Shown here: piece after piece, positions 1-9,184 of the stretch
Layout of the letters: each line of letters begins with the position of its first letter
Numbering within the stretch: position 1 is the first letter of the stretch
IMG/VR virus record: IMGVR_UViG_3300045988_013378
DNA from: a virus
Direction: 5' to 3' (one strand)
DNA: 40,169 nucleotides
Notes under the pieces: model-generated
Seen by the model: the letters and a program-made list of their open reading frames with translations, nothing else
What the model was told of the DNA's origin: nothing
Databases searched by the model: none
Program-made: the position numbers and the translations under genes

Positions 1-48
1 CGAGATGACGTCGAGTCTCGTGGGCTCGGAGATGTGTATAAGAGACAG
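1..48. other. Illumina Nextera-type library adapter (sequencing artefact, not biology)
   Basis: The sequence reads CGAGAT + 8 nt (GACGTCGA) + GTCTCGTGGGCTCGG + AGATGTGTATAAGAGACAG, the layout of an i7 index primer plus transposase mosaic end. Its exact reverse complement sits at the other contig end. Confidence 0.95.
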
Positions 49-1622
49 GTTGTAACATTACCGGAACTGTTGCTTGCATTGCCCGTGTTATCGGTGTACT
101 TGGTCACGGGTTGCATCACAGCACGAAGGTCAGACGGAAGCGCCGCCATCAAACTGTTTGCCAAGGGGCTTGTGGGGGTTCCATCATTGCCATAAAGGGT
201 TTTCCGCTTATAGCAAGCGTTCCAGCCACCGCTATTCGTATTGCTGGTGTTCCAACTGAAATAACCTGTGCCGGAAATATTAGTATTGTATTTGCTGTCA
301 CACAGGGCAACAGCGGCACTCCCAATTTTTCCAATCTGAAAATGGATCTTATTCCCGCCTTCACGGGCCGAATTGTGATTGAACCCCAAAATGAAAACAT
401 TGACCGCCAAATTGGAAAAAGTGGTGTTACCCACCTTACCATTGATCTTGATTTCCTTCACATCACCAACGGCCCAATAGTTGGCCCCCAAACCTGCGGA
501 ACTGACTTCCCGGATGGTTGCCCAACTGTTATCGTTCAGAACCTTGGTGGGCAATGTCACTTCAACGGAACAGGTCTTATTGGCCGGGGCCGTGTGGTTG
601 GTGCCAGCGCCCACGCTGACGGTGATTGTGGCGCTTCCTTTGGCCTTGGCGGTAACAGTTACCACCGAACCGGAAACGCTCACAGAAGCCACCGTGGGGG
701 CGCTGGAAGTGGCCGTAATCTTACCATCCCCCGCCCTTGTCACGGTGATGGTGTCCGTGGTCTTTGCGGCGGTCAGTTTGATGGAAGTCTTATTCAAAGA
801 CGAACTACCAGCGGCCTTGGCAATGCTCCAAGCAACCGTTTTGGCCCCGGTGCTTCCATCAGCCCACTTGTAGTTCGTTTTCGGCGTGAAGGTGGCATTG
901 TAGGAACCGGCGTTCGTGCCGCTGGTGGTTCCTCCAAGCGTCATTTTCCCGCTGTCATAGTTGTTCCAAGTGGGGCTTTGGGCCGAACCGGTATAAGTAA
1001 GGCTGTTGCTCTGCGTGGGGATCGTCATGGTGGCGGCGTTGATCGTCCAAGTCACTTCCTTGGCGGTCTGCGTACCGTCTGCCCACTTATACCGCCCCTT
1101 GGGTGTGAAAGTGGCCGTGTAGGTTCCCGCATTGGTGCCGGTAGTCACGCCGCCCAAGGTAAGCGCATCGGGGTTATAAGCGTTCCAAGAAGGGCTTTGG
1201 GCCTGTCCGTTATAGGTCAGGGTGCCATTCTGCGAAGGAAGAACATTGATGGTATAGACGATACCGGACACAGCATCCAAGGCCGCATTTGCGGCATCCT
1301 GTGCGTTCTGTGCCGCTTCCACACAGGTTTCGATCTGGTTCAACAGATACGGGTGGGCGGTTTGGTCAAGATTGTGTTCGCTCACCTTGCTTTCTGCCGT
1401 GCCTTTTTCATCATAGTTCATGTTAGGAAGCTGTTCGGCGGGAACCTTACCGTCCACCAGATCAGCCTTCCCGGATTGACCTTTCTGAAGGGCTTCAATG
1501 GCATCCGCATTGGCCTTCATTTGGGTATCAATCTTATCCATGTTTTCATTCTGAACCCCTACATCATAAAATTCAGATTCAAGGGGTTTAGTCAGCTTGT
1601 AGTTGGTTGTTTTATTCGCCAT
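49..1622 (-). CDS. Tail fibre / receptor-binding protein, 3'-truncated by the contig end (not in the ORF track because it has no stop)
   Basis: My own translation starts at ATG 1622-1620: MANKTTNYKLTKPLESEFYDVGVQNENMDKIDTQ..., a typical Firmicutes phage fibre N-terminus. It continues with two Ig-like repeats, a Big_2-like segment (TITVTRAGDGKITATSSAPTVASVSVSG..ATITVSVG) and an unassigned C-terminal domain. The frame stays open into the adapter, and the start overlaps the stop of the upstream gene. Confidence 0.8.
807..1244 (-). repeat. Tandem duplication of a ~73-aa Ig-like module inside the tail fibre
   Basis: Residues 127-199 and 200-272 align at about 60% identity: LTYNGQAQSPSWN..GTNAGTYTATFTPKGRYKWADGT..VTWTI versus LTYTGSAQSPTWN..GTNAGSYNATFTPKTNYKWADGS..VAWSI. 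Confidence 0.7.
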
Positions 1623-2163
1623 TCTTCAAAACCTCGTTTCTCAACTGATTATGGGTATAGGCGGCAAGCTGGGCATGGGTAAACCGCCCAAGTTCCGCAT
1701 GGGTGTTATAAAGCTGAAGCAAGGTCACAACCATGTTTTGGGGAACAACCCGGTTCAGCAAAGATTCAACATCATTGAAGTTGTTCTTTGCGGCCAACCC
1801 GATTTTCACAAGAAGCTGATAGGTGCCTTCTTCCACATCAGCGGAATAGTTTCCCTTCCCGCACAGCGTTTCAAGGATGTTCCGAAGCTGGGGCAAGGTG
1901 TACGGAAGTTCTTCATTGATCCGGGTCAGAATACGGAACCGGCGATCTTCAAGACTGTCCGTGCCTTTGGGGGTGATCCCCAAAATCTTTTCCCACCGGG
2001 AAAGGCCCATGTTTCCAGCGGTGGGAATGAACTGGTTATCAAGAAGATCATCCGTGGTGTTCCACGCCTTTTCAATTTCCGGCTGTTCGCTCCCCATGAT
2101 CCCCTGAAACTCCGCATAATCACGAATGACATAGGGAAGATAATCAATCAGTTTGCGTTCCAT
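1612..2163 (-). CDS. Baseplate/tail-fibre-associated protein, XkdU/YmfQ-like (DUF2313)
   Basis: 183-aa ORF lying between the Baseplate-J gene and the fibre gene. The N-terminus MERKLIDYLPYVIRDYAEFQGIM and overall layout resemble DUF2313 proteins of PBSX-like tails. Confidence 0.65.
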   Translation of the reverse strand: MERKLIDYLPYVIRDYAEFQGIMGSEQPEIEKAWNTTDDLLDNQFIPTAGNMGLSRWEKILGITPKGTDSLEDRRFRILTRINEELPYTLPQLRNILETLCGKGNYSADVEEGTYQLLVKIGLAAKNNFNDVESLLNRVVPQNMVVTLLQLYNTHAELGRFTHAQLAAYTHNQLRNEVLKNGE

Positions 2164-2176
2164 GCTCCCGGCCCCC

Positions 2177-3409
2177 TTATCCGTTGATCACGATGGTTCC
2201 CGGCTCAATGGTTCCCAAAACCGGGATGTGATCAAGGGTCAGGGTACAGTTCGCCGCTTCACCGTTGATCTTGGTGTTGGCAATATCCAGAATACCGGTG
2301 ATCCCCAACAGGCGGCTTTCCACCTGACTGATACGAACCACAAGGGCTTCATTCTGGTCTGCCCAACTTTGGGCCAGTTCCAAGAAGTAACCGTTGATTG
2401 CTTCTGTGACATAGGCGGAAACATCATCCCAACTCCATTCCCGCTGATAGTACAAATCGAAGGAAAGGTTGATGGTATCTTCACCCACGCCTTCCACCCT
2501 CACCACATGGCCGATGGGGGCAATGCCCACACCTTCACCGGCGTTCTGAAGGGGATCAACTGCGGTCTGCACTTGACCCACAAGGGTTTCCGAAGGCTTC
2601 TTGAAAGAACTGTTGATGATCACCAGCTTCACGGTTCCGCCCACGGTCAGCTTGCTATTGGCTCCCGCCGCATACACGGCATCCAACCACGCCTTGATTT
2701 CCTCGGACACACCGGAAAGGCCGCTGATCCAAGTGTCGGTTCCCGTGGGCGGGATCAGCTTGGCCGGGTTCAAATCGCTGTTCCAAACCCGATATACCTT
2801 CACACCGCCCACGCCGGGAATGGCGTTCACCTTTTCCAGATAATCCGCACGGTTGCCGCCGAAGGCTTGGGCGTTCAGGCTATCCATGTAACGCTGTCTG
2901 AAAACCTCGGTATCTTCTTCATCCTCACCGGGGATCACCACGGCGGAAATGGAACAGGTTTCAAGCCCGTCCACATACTCAATGGGAATCACCGTTCCGG
3001 TGTAGTCATTACCGGCTTCACCAGCGGTTTCACAGGTGATTTCATACTTACCACTTCCACGGTCAGCCGAAACATAATAGTTCAGTTCTCCGATGGAAAA
3101 GCGGGTGTTCATGGGAAGGTGCAAGGTGGTTGGTGTAATGCTCAACTGCAACACGGCGGGGCTTGCCGGTTGCGGTTTCAGCCCCCTTTCTGCCGCCCTC
3201 AAAATGAGATAAGGGCGGGTTGCGGTGTCCGCAAAGGTTTCATTCAGCACCGTATCAAGGGCAATATAAAGGTTCTGCAATTCCACGGCGGCGGGGGCAT
3301 CACCGCACCAAACCAACGAACCTTCACGGGTGTCCAAATTGCCATTGATGGAAAGCGCCTTCTGAAGCATCCGGGAAAGGATTGCTTCATAGGTCTGTGC
3401 TTCATACAT
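2177..3409 (-). CDS. Baseplate J-like protein (XkdT-like)
   Basis: 410 aa with N-terminus MYEAQTYEAILSRMLQ...REGS...ELQNLY, typical of the Baseplate_J family. Its position in the baseplate block supports the call. Confidence 0.8.
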   Translation of the reverse strand: MYEAQTYEAILSRMLQKALSINGNLDTREGSLVWCGDAPAAVELQNLYIALDTVLNETFADTATRPYLILRAAERGLKPQPASPAVLQLSITPTTLHLPMNTRFSIGELNYYVSADRGSGKYEITCETAGEAGNDYTGTVIPIEYVDGLETCSISAVVIPGEDEEDTEVFRQRYMDSLNAQAFGGNRADYLEKVNAIPGVGGVKVYRVWNSDLNPAKLIPPTGTDTWISGLSGVSEEIKAWLDAVYAAGANSKLTVGGTVKLVIINSSFKKPSETLVGQVQTAVDPLQNAGEGVGIAPIGHVVRVEGVGEDTINLSFDLYYQREWSWDDVSAYVTEAINGYFLELAQSWADQNEALVVRISQVESRLLGITGILDIANTKINGEAANCTLTLDHIPVLGTIEPGTIVING

Positions 3410-3816
3410 CAGATTTCAACCCCCAATTCTGCATTGATTTCACCAAAAATGCTGACCACCGTGAAGGTAGTCAGCACTTTCTTTTTGTTCACCGTAAATT
3501 CAAAGTTCTGAACCGCCGTGATCCTATCATCCTGAAGCAAGGCTTCACGAACCCGGCGTTCAATTTCGGGAATACAATATTCCACATCTTTTCCGATCAG
3601 ATTATGAAGTTCAACCCCATAATCCCAAGAATGGATCAACCATTCATAGCGTTCCGTGTTCAGGATCAGGAAAACCGCCTGTTCCACAGCTTGGATTTCA
3701 TCAATGGTGCCGATGATGGTCAGGTTATCGTGGTTCATCCTGAAAGTACGGCTTGGAAGGGTTTCAATGGTGAAATCCTGTTTAATATCATCCTGCACTT
3801 GCGGAATCATCATCAA
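3409..3816 (-). CDS. Baseplate protein, XkdS-like (DUF2634, gp25-related)
   Basis: 135 aa, start/stop coupled to its neighbours. It occupies the conserved position upstream of Baseplate J in Xkd-type tails. Confidence 0.55.
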   Translation of the reverse strand: MMMIPQVQDDIKQDFTIETLPSRTFRMNHDNLTIIGTIDEIQAVEQAVFLILNTERYEWLIHSWDYGVELHNLIGKDVEYCIPEIERRVREALLQDDRITAVQNFEFTVNKKKVLTTFTVVSIFGEINAELGVEI

Positions 3817-4202
3817 GCCCCCTTTACTCGGTCAATGACCACGAATTTCTTTCCTTGCTGAACCCGGATCAGAAGCACCTTTTCACCGGCCTTCAAAGCG
3901 TTGTGAACCTTGAAGGTTTTCTTGCCAACATAGGCGTGTTTGTGGGCTTCATACGCCGCCGCACCAGAACCGCCGCCCTTGTCCTCGGTGGTGTGGTTTA
4001 CCGTCATATCAACTTCAAAATCAGTCACATTCCGGGTCAGGATCAGCATTTTAGAAGTGTAGATGGATTTCTGATCCACCTGAATTTTCAAGGGTGAAGC
4101 GGAAAGGACAGTTCCAAACAGGATGTTCACCGGCTTTCCGGCTTCCACAGCTTCCACCGCCGCCCGTTTCACAACTTCAACAGGATTAGGCAATAAATTC
4201 AC
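3813..4202 (-). CDS. Baseplate/spike-associated protein, XkdR-like (DUF2577)
   Basis: 129 aa containing NILFGTVLSASPLKIQVDQK, which is like DUF2577. It overlaps both neighbours and matches the synteny. Confidence 0.55.
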   Translation of the reverse strand: MNLLPNPVEVVKRAAVEAVEAGKPVNILFGTVLSASPLKIQVDQKSIYTSKMLILTRNVTDFEVDMTVNHTTEDKGGGSGAAAYEAHKHAYVGKKTFKVHNALKAGEKVLLIRVQQGKKFVVIDRVKGA

Positions 4203-5145
4203 CCCCGATCAGGTCAAGTTCCATCATGTGTTCATCACCCCTGAAGGTGTGGGTGACTTTGTTCACCACCATGTAATTGTTGGTGACAATATCCCCAAGG
4301 TTCAGGGCCACCACCACGGCGCTTCCAGCACGAACCCGCACATCACCGAAAGCGTTCTGAATGGTCAGCTTGCGGGTTTTCTGATCGTACAGCTTCAACA
4401 GGGCATCCGCCTTGGCGGAAGCGCCCGTTTTGGTCTGAACTTCTTCAAAATATTGAAGAACACCCCATTGGTTCATTTTCGCCCCGTCCTGTGCAATGAA
4501 CAATTCCCGCTTACCGGTTTTTTCATTGTTATAGGCCAGCTTGATCTTGTTATAGGTCTGTTCATCAATACTGGATTCATAGCTGAAGTTTTCCCCGGTT
4601 TCTTCATCAATCAGAAGGTTCAGCTTCATGGTATTGATGTTCTTCAGGGTCAGCTTCCCGGCATCGTCATACAGAACATAAAGCTGTTTGGTATTCATCA
4701 GGGTTTCATCAAGGGCGCTCTGGATCATATCAAACAGGGTTTGGTTTTCTTCCACGATGGTTTCAAGGGTATAACCGGTATCTTCCACCGTGCCAAGGTT
4801 CAACCGGAAATCTGTTGCAATGCGCTTCAGAAGGTCGGAAGCCTTCAGCCCTTCTTCCGTGATGGTGTCCTTGTTCTTCAGATAGCGCAACTGATCATAG
4901 GCCACAACATCAATGGTGCCGCCCTTGTCACGCTTTTTCTTGAACACAAACCCATAGAACATGGCGGTTCCGTTCACAGTCAGCTTCACCGGATCACCTT
5001 CAGCAAAGTTCAGCCTCGGCCCCTTGACAACGGTGAACTCTAACTTGCCAGGGGTTCCCTTGCGTTCCAAGGTCAACTTTGCGCCTTCCTCGACAACGGG
5101 GAATTGAATGGTGCTGTTATGCTGGATGAACAATTCAACTGCCAA
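4186..5145 (-). CDS. Baseplate hub protein, XkdQ / late-control-D-like
   Basis: 319 aa lying between the LysM protein and the XkdR-like gene, as in PBSX and skin-element tails. Confidence 0.6.
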   Translation of the reverse strand: MAVELFIQHNSTIQFPVVEEGAKLTLERKGTPGKLEFTVVKGPRLNFAEGDPVKLTVNGTAMFYGFVFKKKRDKGGTIDVVAYDQLRYLKNKDTITEEGLKASDLLKRIATDFRLNLGTVEDTGYTLETIVEENQTLFDMIQSALDETLMNTKQLYVLYDDAGKLTLKNINTMKLNLLIDEETGENFSYESSIDEQTYNKIKLAYNNEKTGKRELFIAQDGAKMNQWGVLQYFEEVQTKTGASAKADALLKLYDQKTRKLTIQNAFGDVRVRAGSAVVVALNLGDIVTNNYMVVNKVTHTFRGDEHMMELDLIGGEFIA

Positions 5146-5160
5146 ACGGAATCACCCCTT

Positions 5161-5832
5161 TCAGGAAGGCAAAGTAAGAACCTGACCGGGATAGATCAGG
5201 TTCGGGTTCTTGATTTTGTCCTTGTTCAGATTATAGATTTTCGTGTAATCGGCCCCGTTGCCCAACTGCTTCTTGGCAATGTTCCAAAGGCAATCACCAG
5301 ATTTCACCGTATAGGTGGCGACTTTCGGGGCCGTTGTGGTGGGCCGGGGTGCCGCCTTAACCGTTGCGGTGGCGGTTCCCCCGGAAGTCTTGGCCGGTTG
5401 CACGGCCACGGTCTTGGTGCCATAGGCTCTGTACTGTTTCAGGTTGATCTTCACCTTCACATCAAAGCCTTCACCGGCATCATCGGTGATTTCATAGGTT
5501 TCAAGGCCAACGGTCAAATTGGTGTAATGGAACATCCCGCCACCGGGCTTCTGCCGGTTCAGGATGAATTGGAACGGGGTCTTGCTCACCTTCAGCCGTT
5601 CAAACAAGGATAGGTAATAGGCGGCGCTTTGCGCCCCACCGTTGCTGAAGGGATAGGACACTTGGGGAAGAACCAATTCAAAGGACACATCCGAAAGGCC
5701 AGCGGCCTTCAGAATGTTGATTTCTTCCCCGTTGATCAGGGTCATGGTCTTGTTCTGGTTATTGATCTTCACCGTCACCTTGGAAGGGGTGATGGGCATA
5801 AGCGTTCCCGCCATATACAGTTTATACGCCAT
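5161..5832 (-). CDS. LysM-domain tail protein (XkdP-like)
   Basis: C-terminal LysM motif YTVKSGDCLWNIAKKQLGNGADYTKIYNLNKDKIKNPNLIYPGQVLTLP. The gene lies directly after the tape measure. Confidence 0.8.
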   Translation of the reverse strand: MAYKLYMAGTLMPITPSKVTVKINNQNKTMTLINGEEINILKAAGLSDVSFELVLPQVSYPFSNGGAQSAAYYLSLFERLKVSKTPFQFILNRQKPGGGMFHYTNLTVGLETYEITDDAGEGFDVKVKINLKQYRAYGTKTVAVQPAKTSGGTATATVKAAPRPTTTAPKVATYTVKSGDCLWNIAKKQLGNGADYTKIYNLNKDKIKNPNLIYPGQVLTLPS

Positions 5833-7976
5833 TACTCATGCACCCCTTCTTCAGAAACTTCCAGCTTTTCAGCAAAGTCATTGGCCCAAGCATCCATGAT
5901 CCCATCCAAATCAGCATCTTTGGAAATGTGGTTTTCATTGTGCTGTTCAACCTTGATTTCAGCGGTAGTGAACCGGTTGATTGCTTCACGCTCCGCAATG
6001 TCACGAAGATAGGCCAAATCTTCTTCAGCAATATCCAAGGCATCAGCGGTGGCCGCTGTGTTGTTTGCAATATCGCCGGTGTTCCCGTAAATGCTATCAA
6101 GATCATTGCCAAGGTTGAAGGCATCCAAAGAATCAGCCCCCATAGAATCCAAGGCGGAAAAATCAAACATACCGGAAACCTTATCGGCCACACCATCACC
6201 CCAAGCGGCACCGGAAGCAAAAGCATCAGCGGCCCAACCATCTTGGAAGGTGTCAAAGGTAGACATTCCTTCATTGAAGGCATCGGCAACGCTTTTATAT
6301 TCCTCAACATTCCCATAGGCTTCAGCGGACTTGGCCGCATATTCGCTTGCTTTGCTGGTGATCCCGGAATAGTCGAACTCAACGAAGGGCAACTTGTTCA
6401 GGGCTTCACAAATACCGGCCACAACTGTAAGGGCCGTAGAAAGAAGGTTATAAAACCATCCCTGAACATTGGAAATGACATTATGGAAGGCGGTTCCGAT
6501 ATTGGAAGCACAAGCCCCCAAAGCGTTCCAGATACCCAAGGCAATATTCGCCACGGACAGGCCAAGGTTTTTGAAGAAGGAAATCACAACCATGATTCCC
6601 CCGCAAATCACACCGAAGCCGCTATTTGCAATTCCGGTGAACTTGGCAACTGCCGCACACGCCGCATAGATAGCCGCAATGACGGCGATAATCAGAAGGA
6701 TGATCCATGTAAGGGGGCAAGCCAAAAGCGCCGCATTTAGGCCCTGCTGGGCTACCGTAGCGGTGAAAGTGGCTCCCGCTTCCATAGCAGTTGCCGCCGC
6801 ATGAACGGCCTTGGCCGTTGCCTGAATACCCATAATGGCATTTGTCACCAGCGCCACACCGTTATAAATCAGCATAGCGGCCACAATACCCATGATGATA
6901 GGCTGAATCCAACTCCAATTATCAACAATCACCGAAGCAACGGAAATCAGAATATCCAATAGCGAAGAAGCCACATTTGCAACCCCCGCAAGCCCATTGA
7001 TCAGGGCCGTGGTAACTTGCTGGAACTTGGTGCTATTGGCAATCTGGTTGATCTTGGTCAGAATCGGGGCGAACATGGAAAGGGCTTTATTTTTCATCCC
7101 GGCCCAAATCTGCGCCCAAGTCTTGGGCATGGAATCGAACTTTGCGTTGGTTTCATCCGCCATAGCAAACATGGCGTTCTTCACCACTTCAGCCGTTACC
7201 TTGCCTTCCTGTGCAACCGTCTTGATGGAACCTTCCGCAATCCCCATATACTTTTCAATAGCTCTTGCGATACCCGGCGCACCGTCCAGAATGGAGTTCA
7301 GTTCTTCACCACGAAGCGCACCCGCCGCCATTGCCTGTGTAAGCTGGATCATGGCGTTGCTTTGCTCTTGGGCCGTAGCGCCGCCAATAACAAACTGCTT
7401 GTTCACCTGCTCCATGAAAGCAATGACCTGATTCATGTCACCGTTGAAGGCGTTACCGGCGTTCAAGCCAAGTTTCGCAACGGCGGAAGCGGTATCAAAG
7501 TAAACGGATCGGGAACGCTGGGCGGAAGCCATGATCTTCTGTTCCAATACATCCACGGAACCGCCATCATCCACCAGCAGATTCAACCGGGCCTTGGTGC
7601 TTGCCAATTTATCCGAAATGTTCTGCACCTTATTGATCCCGACGATACCACCAGCGGCAACGGCAATTTTCTTGATGGTGGACAGAAGTCCATTGGCGGA
7701 ATTATTACCCCCACGAATGGAATTATTGAACTTTTGCTGTTCATTATTGGCGTTCCTGATATTTTCTTCAATGGCATCAAAGGCGGTTCCCGCTTTCGCC
7801 CATTCTTCACGGGCTTCCCGGATTGCCGCCGTGTCAACGGCTCTACCGGAAGCCTGTTGCATGGATTCAAAGGTGTTCAGCACAACACCCATAGCCTTGT
7901 GCATACTCTGAAGGGGGCTGGTAACACCATCATAAAGGGCAATAGCGGTTCGGATAGTTCCCACAGGGATCACCAC
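5832..7976 (-). CDS. Tail tape measure protein
   Basis: 714 aa, Ala/Gly-rich and helical, with a central hydrophobic block. It has a GTG start behind AAAGGTGG and follows the chaperone pair. Confidence 0.85.
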   Translation of the reverse strand: MVIPVGTIRTAIALYDGVTSPLQSMHKAMGVVLNTFESMQQASGRAVDTAAIREAREEWAKAGTAFDAIEENIRNANNEQQKFNNSIRGGNNSANGLLSTIKKIAVAAGGIVGINKVQNISDKLASTKARLNLLVDDGGSVDVLEQKIMASAQRSRSVYFDTASAVAKLGLNAGNAFNGDMNQVIAFMEQVNKQFVIGGATAQEQSNAMIQLTQAMAAGALRGEELNSILDGAPGIARAIEKYMGIAEGSIKTVAQEGKVTAEVVKNAMFAMADETNAKFDSMPKTWAQIWAGMKNKALSMFAPILTKINQIANSTKFQQVTTALINGLAGVANVASSLLDILISVASVIVDNWSWIQPIIMGIVAAMLIYNGVALVTNAIMGIQATAKAVHAAATAMEAGATFTATVAQQGLNAALLACPLTWIILLIIAVIAAIYAACAAVAKFTGIANSGFGVICGGIMVVISFFKNLGLSVANIALGIWNALGACASNIGTAFHNVISNVQGWFYNLLSTALTVVAGICEALNKLPFVEFDYSGITSKASEYAAKSAEAYGNVEEYKSVADAFNEGMSTFDTFQDGWAADAFASGAAWGDGVADKVSGMFDFSALDSMGADSLDAFNLGNDLDSIYGNTGDIANNTAATADALDIAEEDLAYLRDIAEREAINRFTTAEIKVEQHNENHISKDADLDGIMDAWANDFAEKLEVSEEGVHE

Positions 7977-8000
7977 CTTTCTTGGAGAATAGCCGGGGCC

Positions 8001-8204
8001 TTAATGGTGTCGGCCCCGGCGCTGTTTGCGTTCAATTTCCTTCTGCTTCTTCTTTTCAGCTTCCACCCGAACATCAATGGCCGCAATGATGAAGGCCCGT
8101 TCACGCCGGGGCAAAGCATAGAAGGCGGAAGGTGTTAAATGAAGTTCGTGAAGGCAATAGTAAGCAATGTTGGCTTCACCATCACCTTCACAGATCAGTT
8201 TTTT
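8001..8204 (-). CDS. -1 frameshift extension of the tail assembly chaperone (G/GT-type long form)
   Basis: From the slippery site the -1 frame is open for 65 codons (LICEGDGEANIAYYCLHELHLTPSAFYALPRRERAFIIAAIDVRVEAEKKKQKEIERKQRRGRHH) and stops at TAA 8001-8003, just before the tape measure start. Confidence 0.6.
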   Translation of the reverse strand, partial: KKLICEGDGEANIAYYCLHELHLTPSAFYALPRRERAFIIAAIDVRVEAEKKKQKEIERKQRRGRHH

Positions 8205-8620
8205 GCTTCATCAACCTCATCCTGCATGGTGGTATCAAAACCACACACTTCCTGAATCTTGGTCAGGTATTCGGCATATTCGCCGGGGGTCAGCATGGTT
8301 TTCAGAAGGGCATCAGCGCCCATGACCTTGTAGCTGTCCTGAAGTTCCTTATCATTCAGATTGGGGAACACGGTACAAGCCACGGCCAGCTTGCCAAGGT
8401 AAAGATCATAGTCGGTTTCCTTCTGATACTGGTTCTTCTTGCCGGGAACCGGAACACGCTTGGCACAGGACTTCCGAAGGGCTTCATCCTCGGTGCCGGT
8501 GATGGTCTTGATCTCCCAAGGAATGGGGTTGCCATCCTCACCCAAGAAGCGTTTGGAAGCAACAAACTTGATGTTCTCAACGGGAACGGCGTTTTCAGCC
8601 AAAAAAGCGGACAGGCTCAT
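8195..8620 (-). CDS. Tail assembly chaperone, XkdN-like
   Basis: 141-aa acidic protein between the tube and tape measure genes, ending in the slippery site. Confidence 0.7.
   Translation of the reverse strand: MSLSAFLAENAVPVENIKFVASKRFLGEDGNPIPWEIKTITGTEDEALRKSCAKRVPVPGKKNQYQKETDYDLYLGKLAVACTVFPNLNDKELQDSYKVMGADALLKTMLTPGEYAEYLTKIQEVCGFDTTMQDEVDEAKN
8198..8204 (-). promoter_or_regulatory. Slippery heptamer A_AAA_AAC for -1 programmed ribosomal frameshifting
   Basis: The minus strand reads GCA AAA AAC TGA. This is an X_XXY_YYZ heptamer in the correct phase, followed directly by the 0-frame stop codon. Confidence 0.6.
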
Positions 8621-8647
8621 TGTTTTTTCCTCCTATATTTTGATACG

Positions 8648-8685
8648 AAAAAAGGCCCCGGCCCCTACCGAAGTAAGGCCGGGGC
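8648..8685 (-). terminator. Rho-independent terminator (probably partial) after the tail tube gene
   Basis: Minus strand: GCCCCGGCC-(13 nt loop)-GGCCGGGGC, followed by C and TTTTTT. Confidence 0.65.
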
Positions 8686-8692
8686 GCTCTGC

Positions 8693-9169
8693 TTACTGCA
8701 TACCGGCCAAAAGGCTGAAGGTTTCGGGCATCTCGAAATCTTCAAAGGTGAAGTCCATATCTTCATCCAAGTATTCCGCATCAGCATCAAACTTGGCAAG
8801 CAAGCCGCCATCCATATTGCAATCCTTCAGGATCACGGTCTGTCGGCCCACGGAAGAAGTGGGATCTTCATTTGTCACCTGAATGTCAAAATAGACATCC
8901 TCGCCGGTGTCCTTATAACGCTTCATCAGCTCACGGAAGATGGAAGTGTTATAGTGGAAGGTGGCGGAACCCGTACCCTTCCAGCCGGTGGCCTTATTGC
9001 CCTTGCCGGTCTTGCCCAAAATGGGAACTTCCGTTTTGTTCTTCTCAAAGTTGGCTTCAAGGTTGATAGCCTGCATGAAGTTGTAACGGTTATCCCCGAT
9101 GGTCACGAAACATTCAGCCAAGGAAGCGGAAACAGCATCCTTGGCGTTCATGATGGTTCTATCTGCCAT
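8693..9169 (-). CDS. Tail tube protein (XkdM-like)
   Basis: 158 aa immediately after the sheath gene. Sequence MADRTIMNAKDAVSA...ECFVTIGDNRYNF...EVPILGKTGKGNKATGWKG resembles XkdM-family tubes. Confidence 0.8.
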   Translation of the reverse strand: MADRTIMNAKDAVSASLAECFVTIGDNRYNFMQAINLEANFEKNKTEVPILGKTGKGNKATGWKGTGSATFHYNTSIFRELMKRYKDTGEDVYFDIQVTNEDPTSSVGRQTVILKDCNMDGGLLAKFDADAEYLDEDMDFTFEDFEMPETFSLLAGMQ

Positions 9170-9184
9170 GATGGTTGTACCTCC

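Noticed and set aside
111-1682. Long plus-strand ORFs (111-1682, 2153-3511, 8132-10525, 12430-13593, 16684-18543, 24494-25660, 25814-27193 and similar)
   Set aside because: They are antisense shadows of minus-strand genes that have clear phage homology and RBSs. Their translations are low-complexity (Gly/Arg/His/Val-rich), lack RBSs and overlap the real genes completely.
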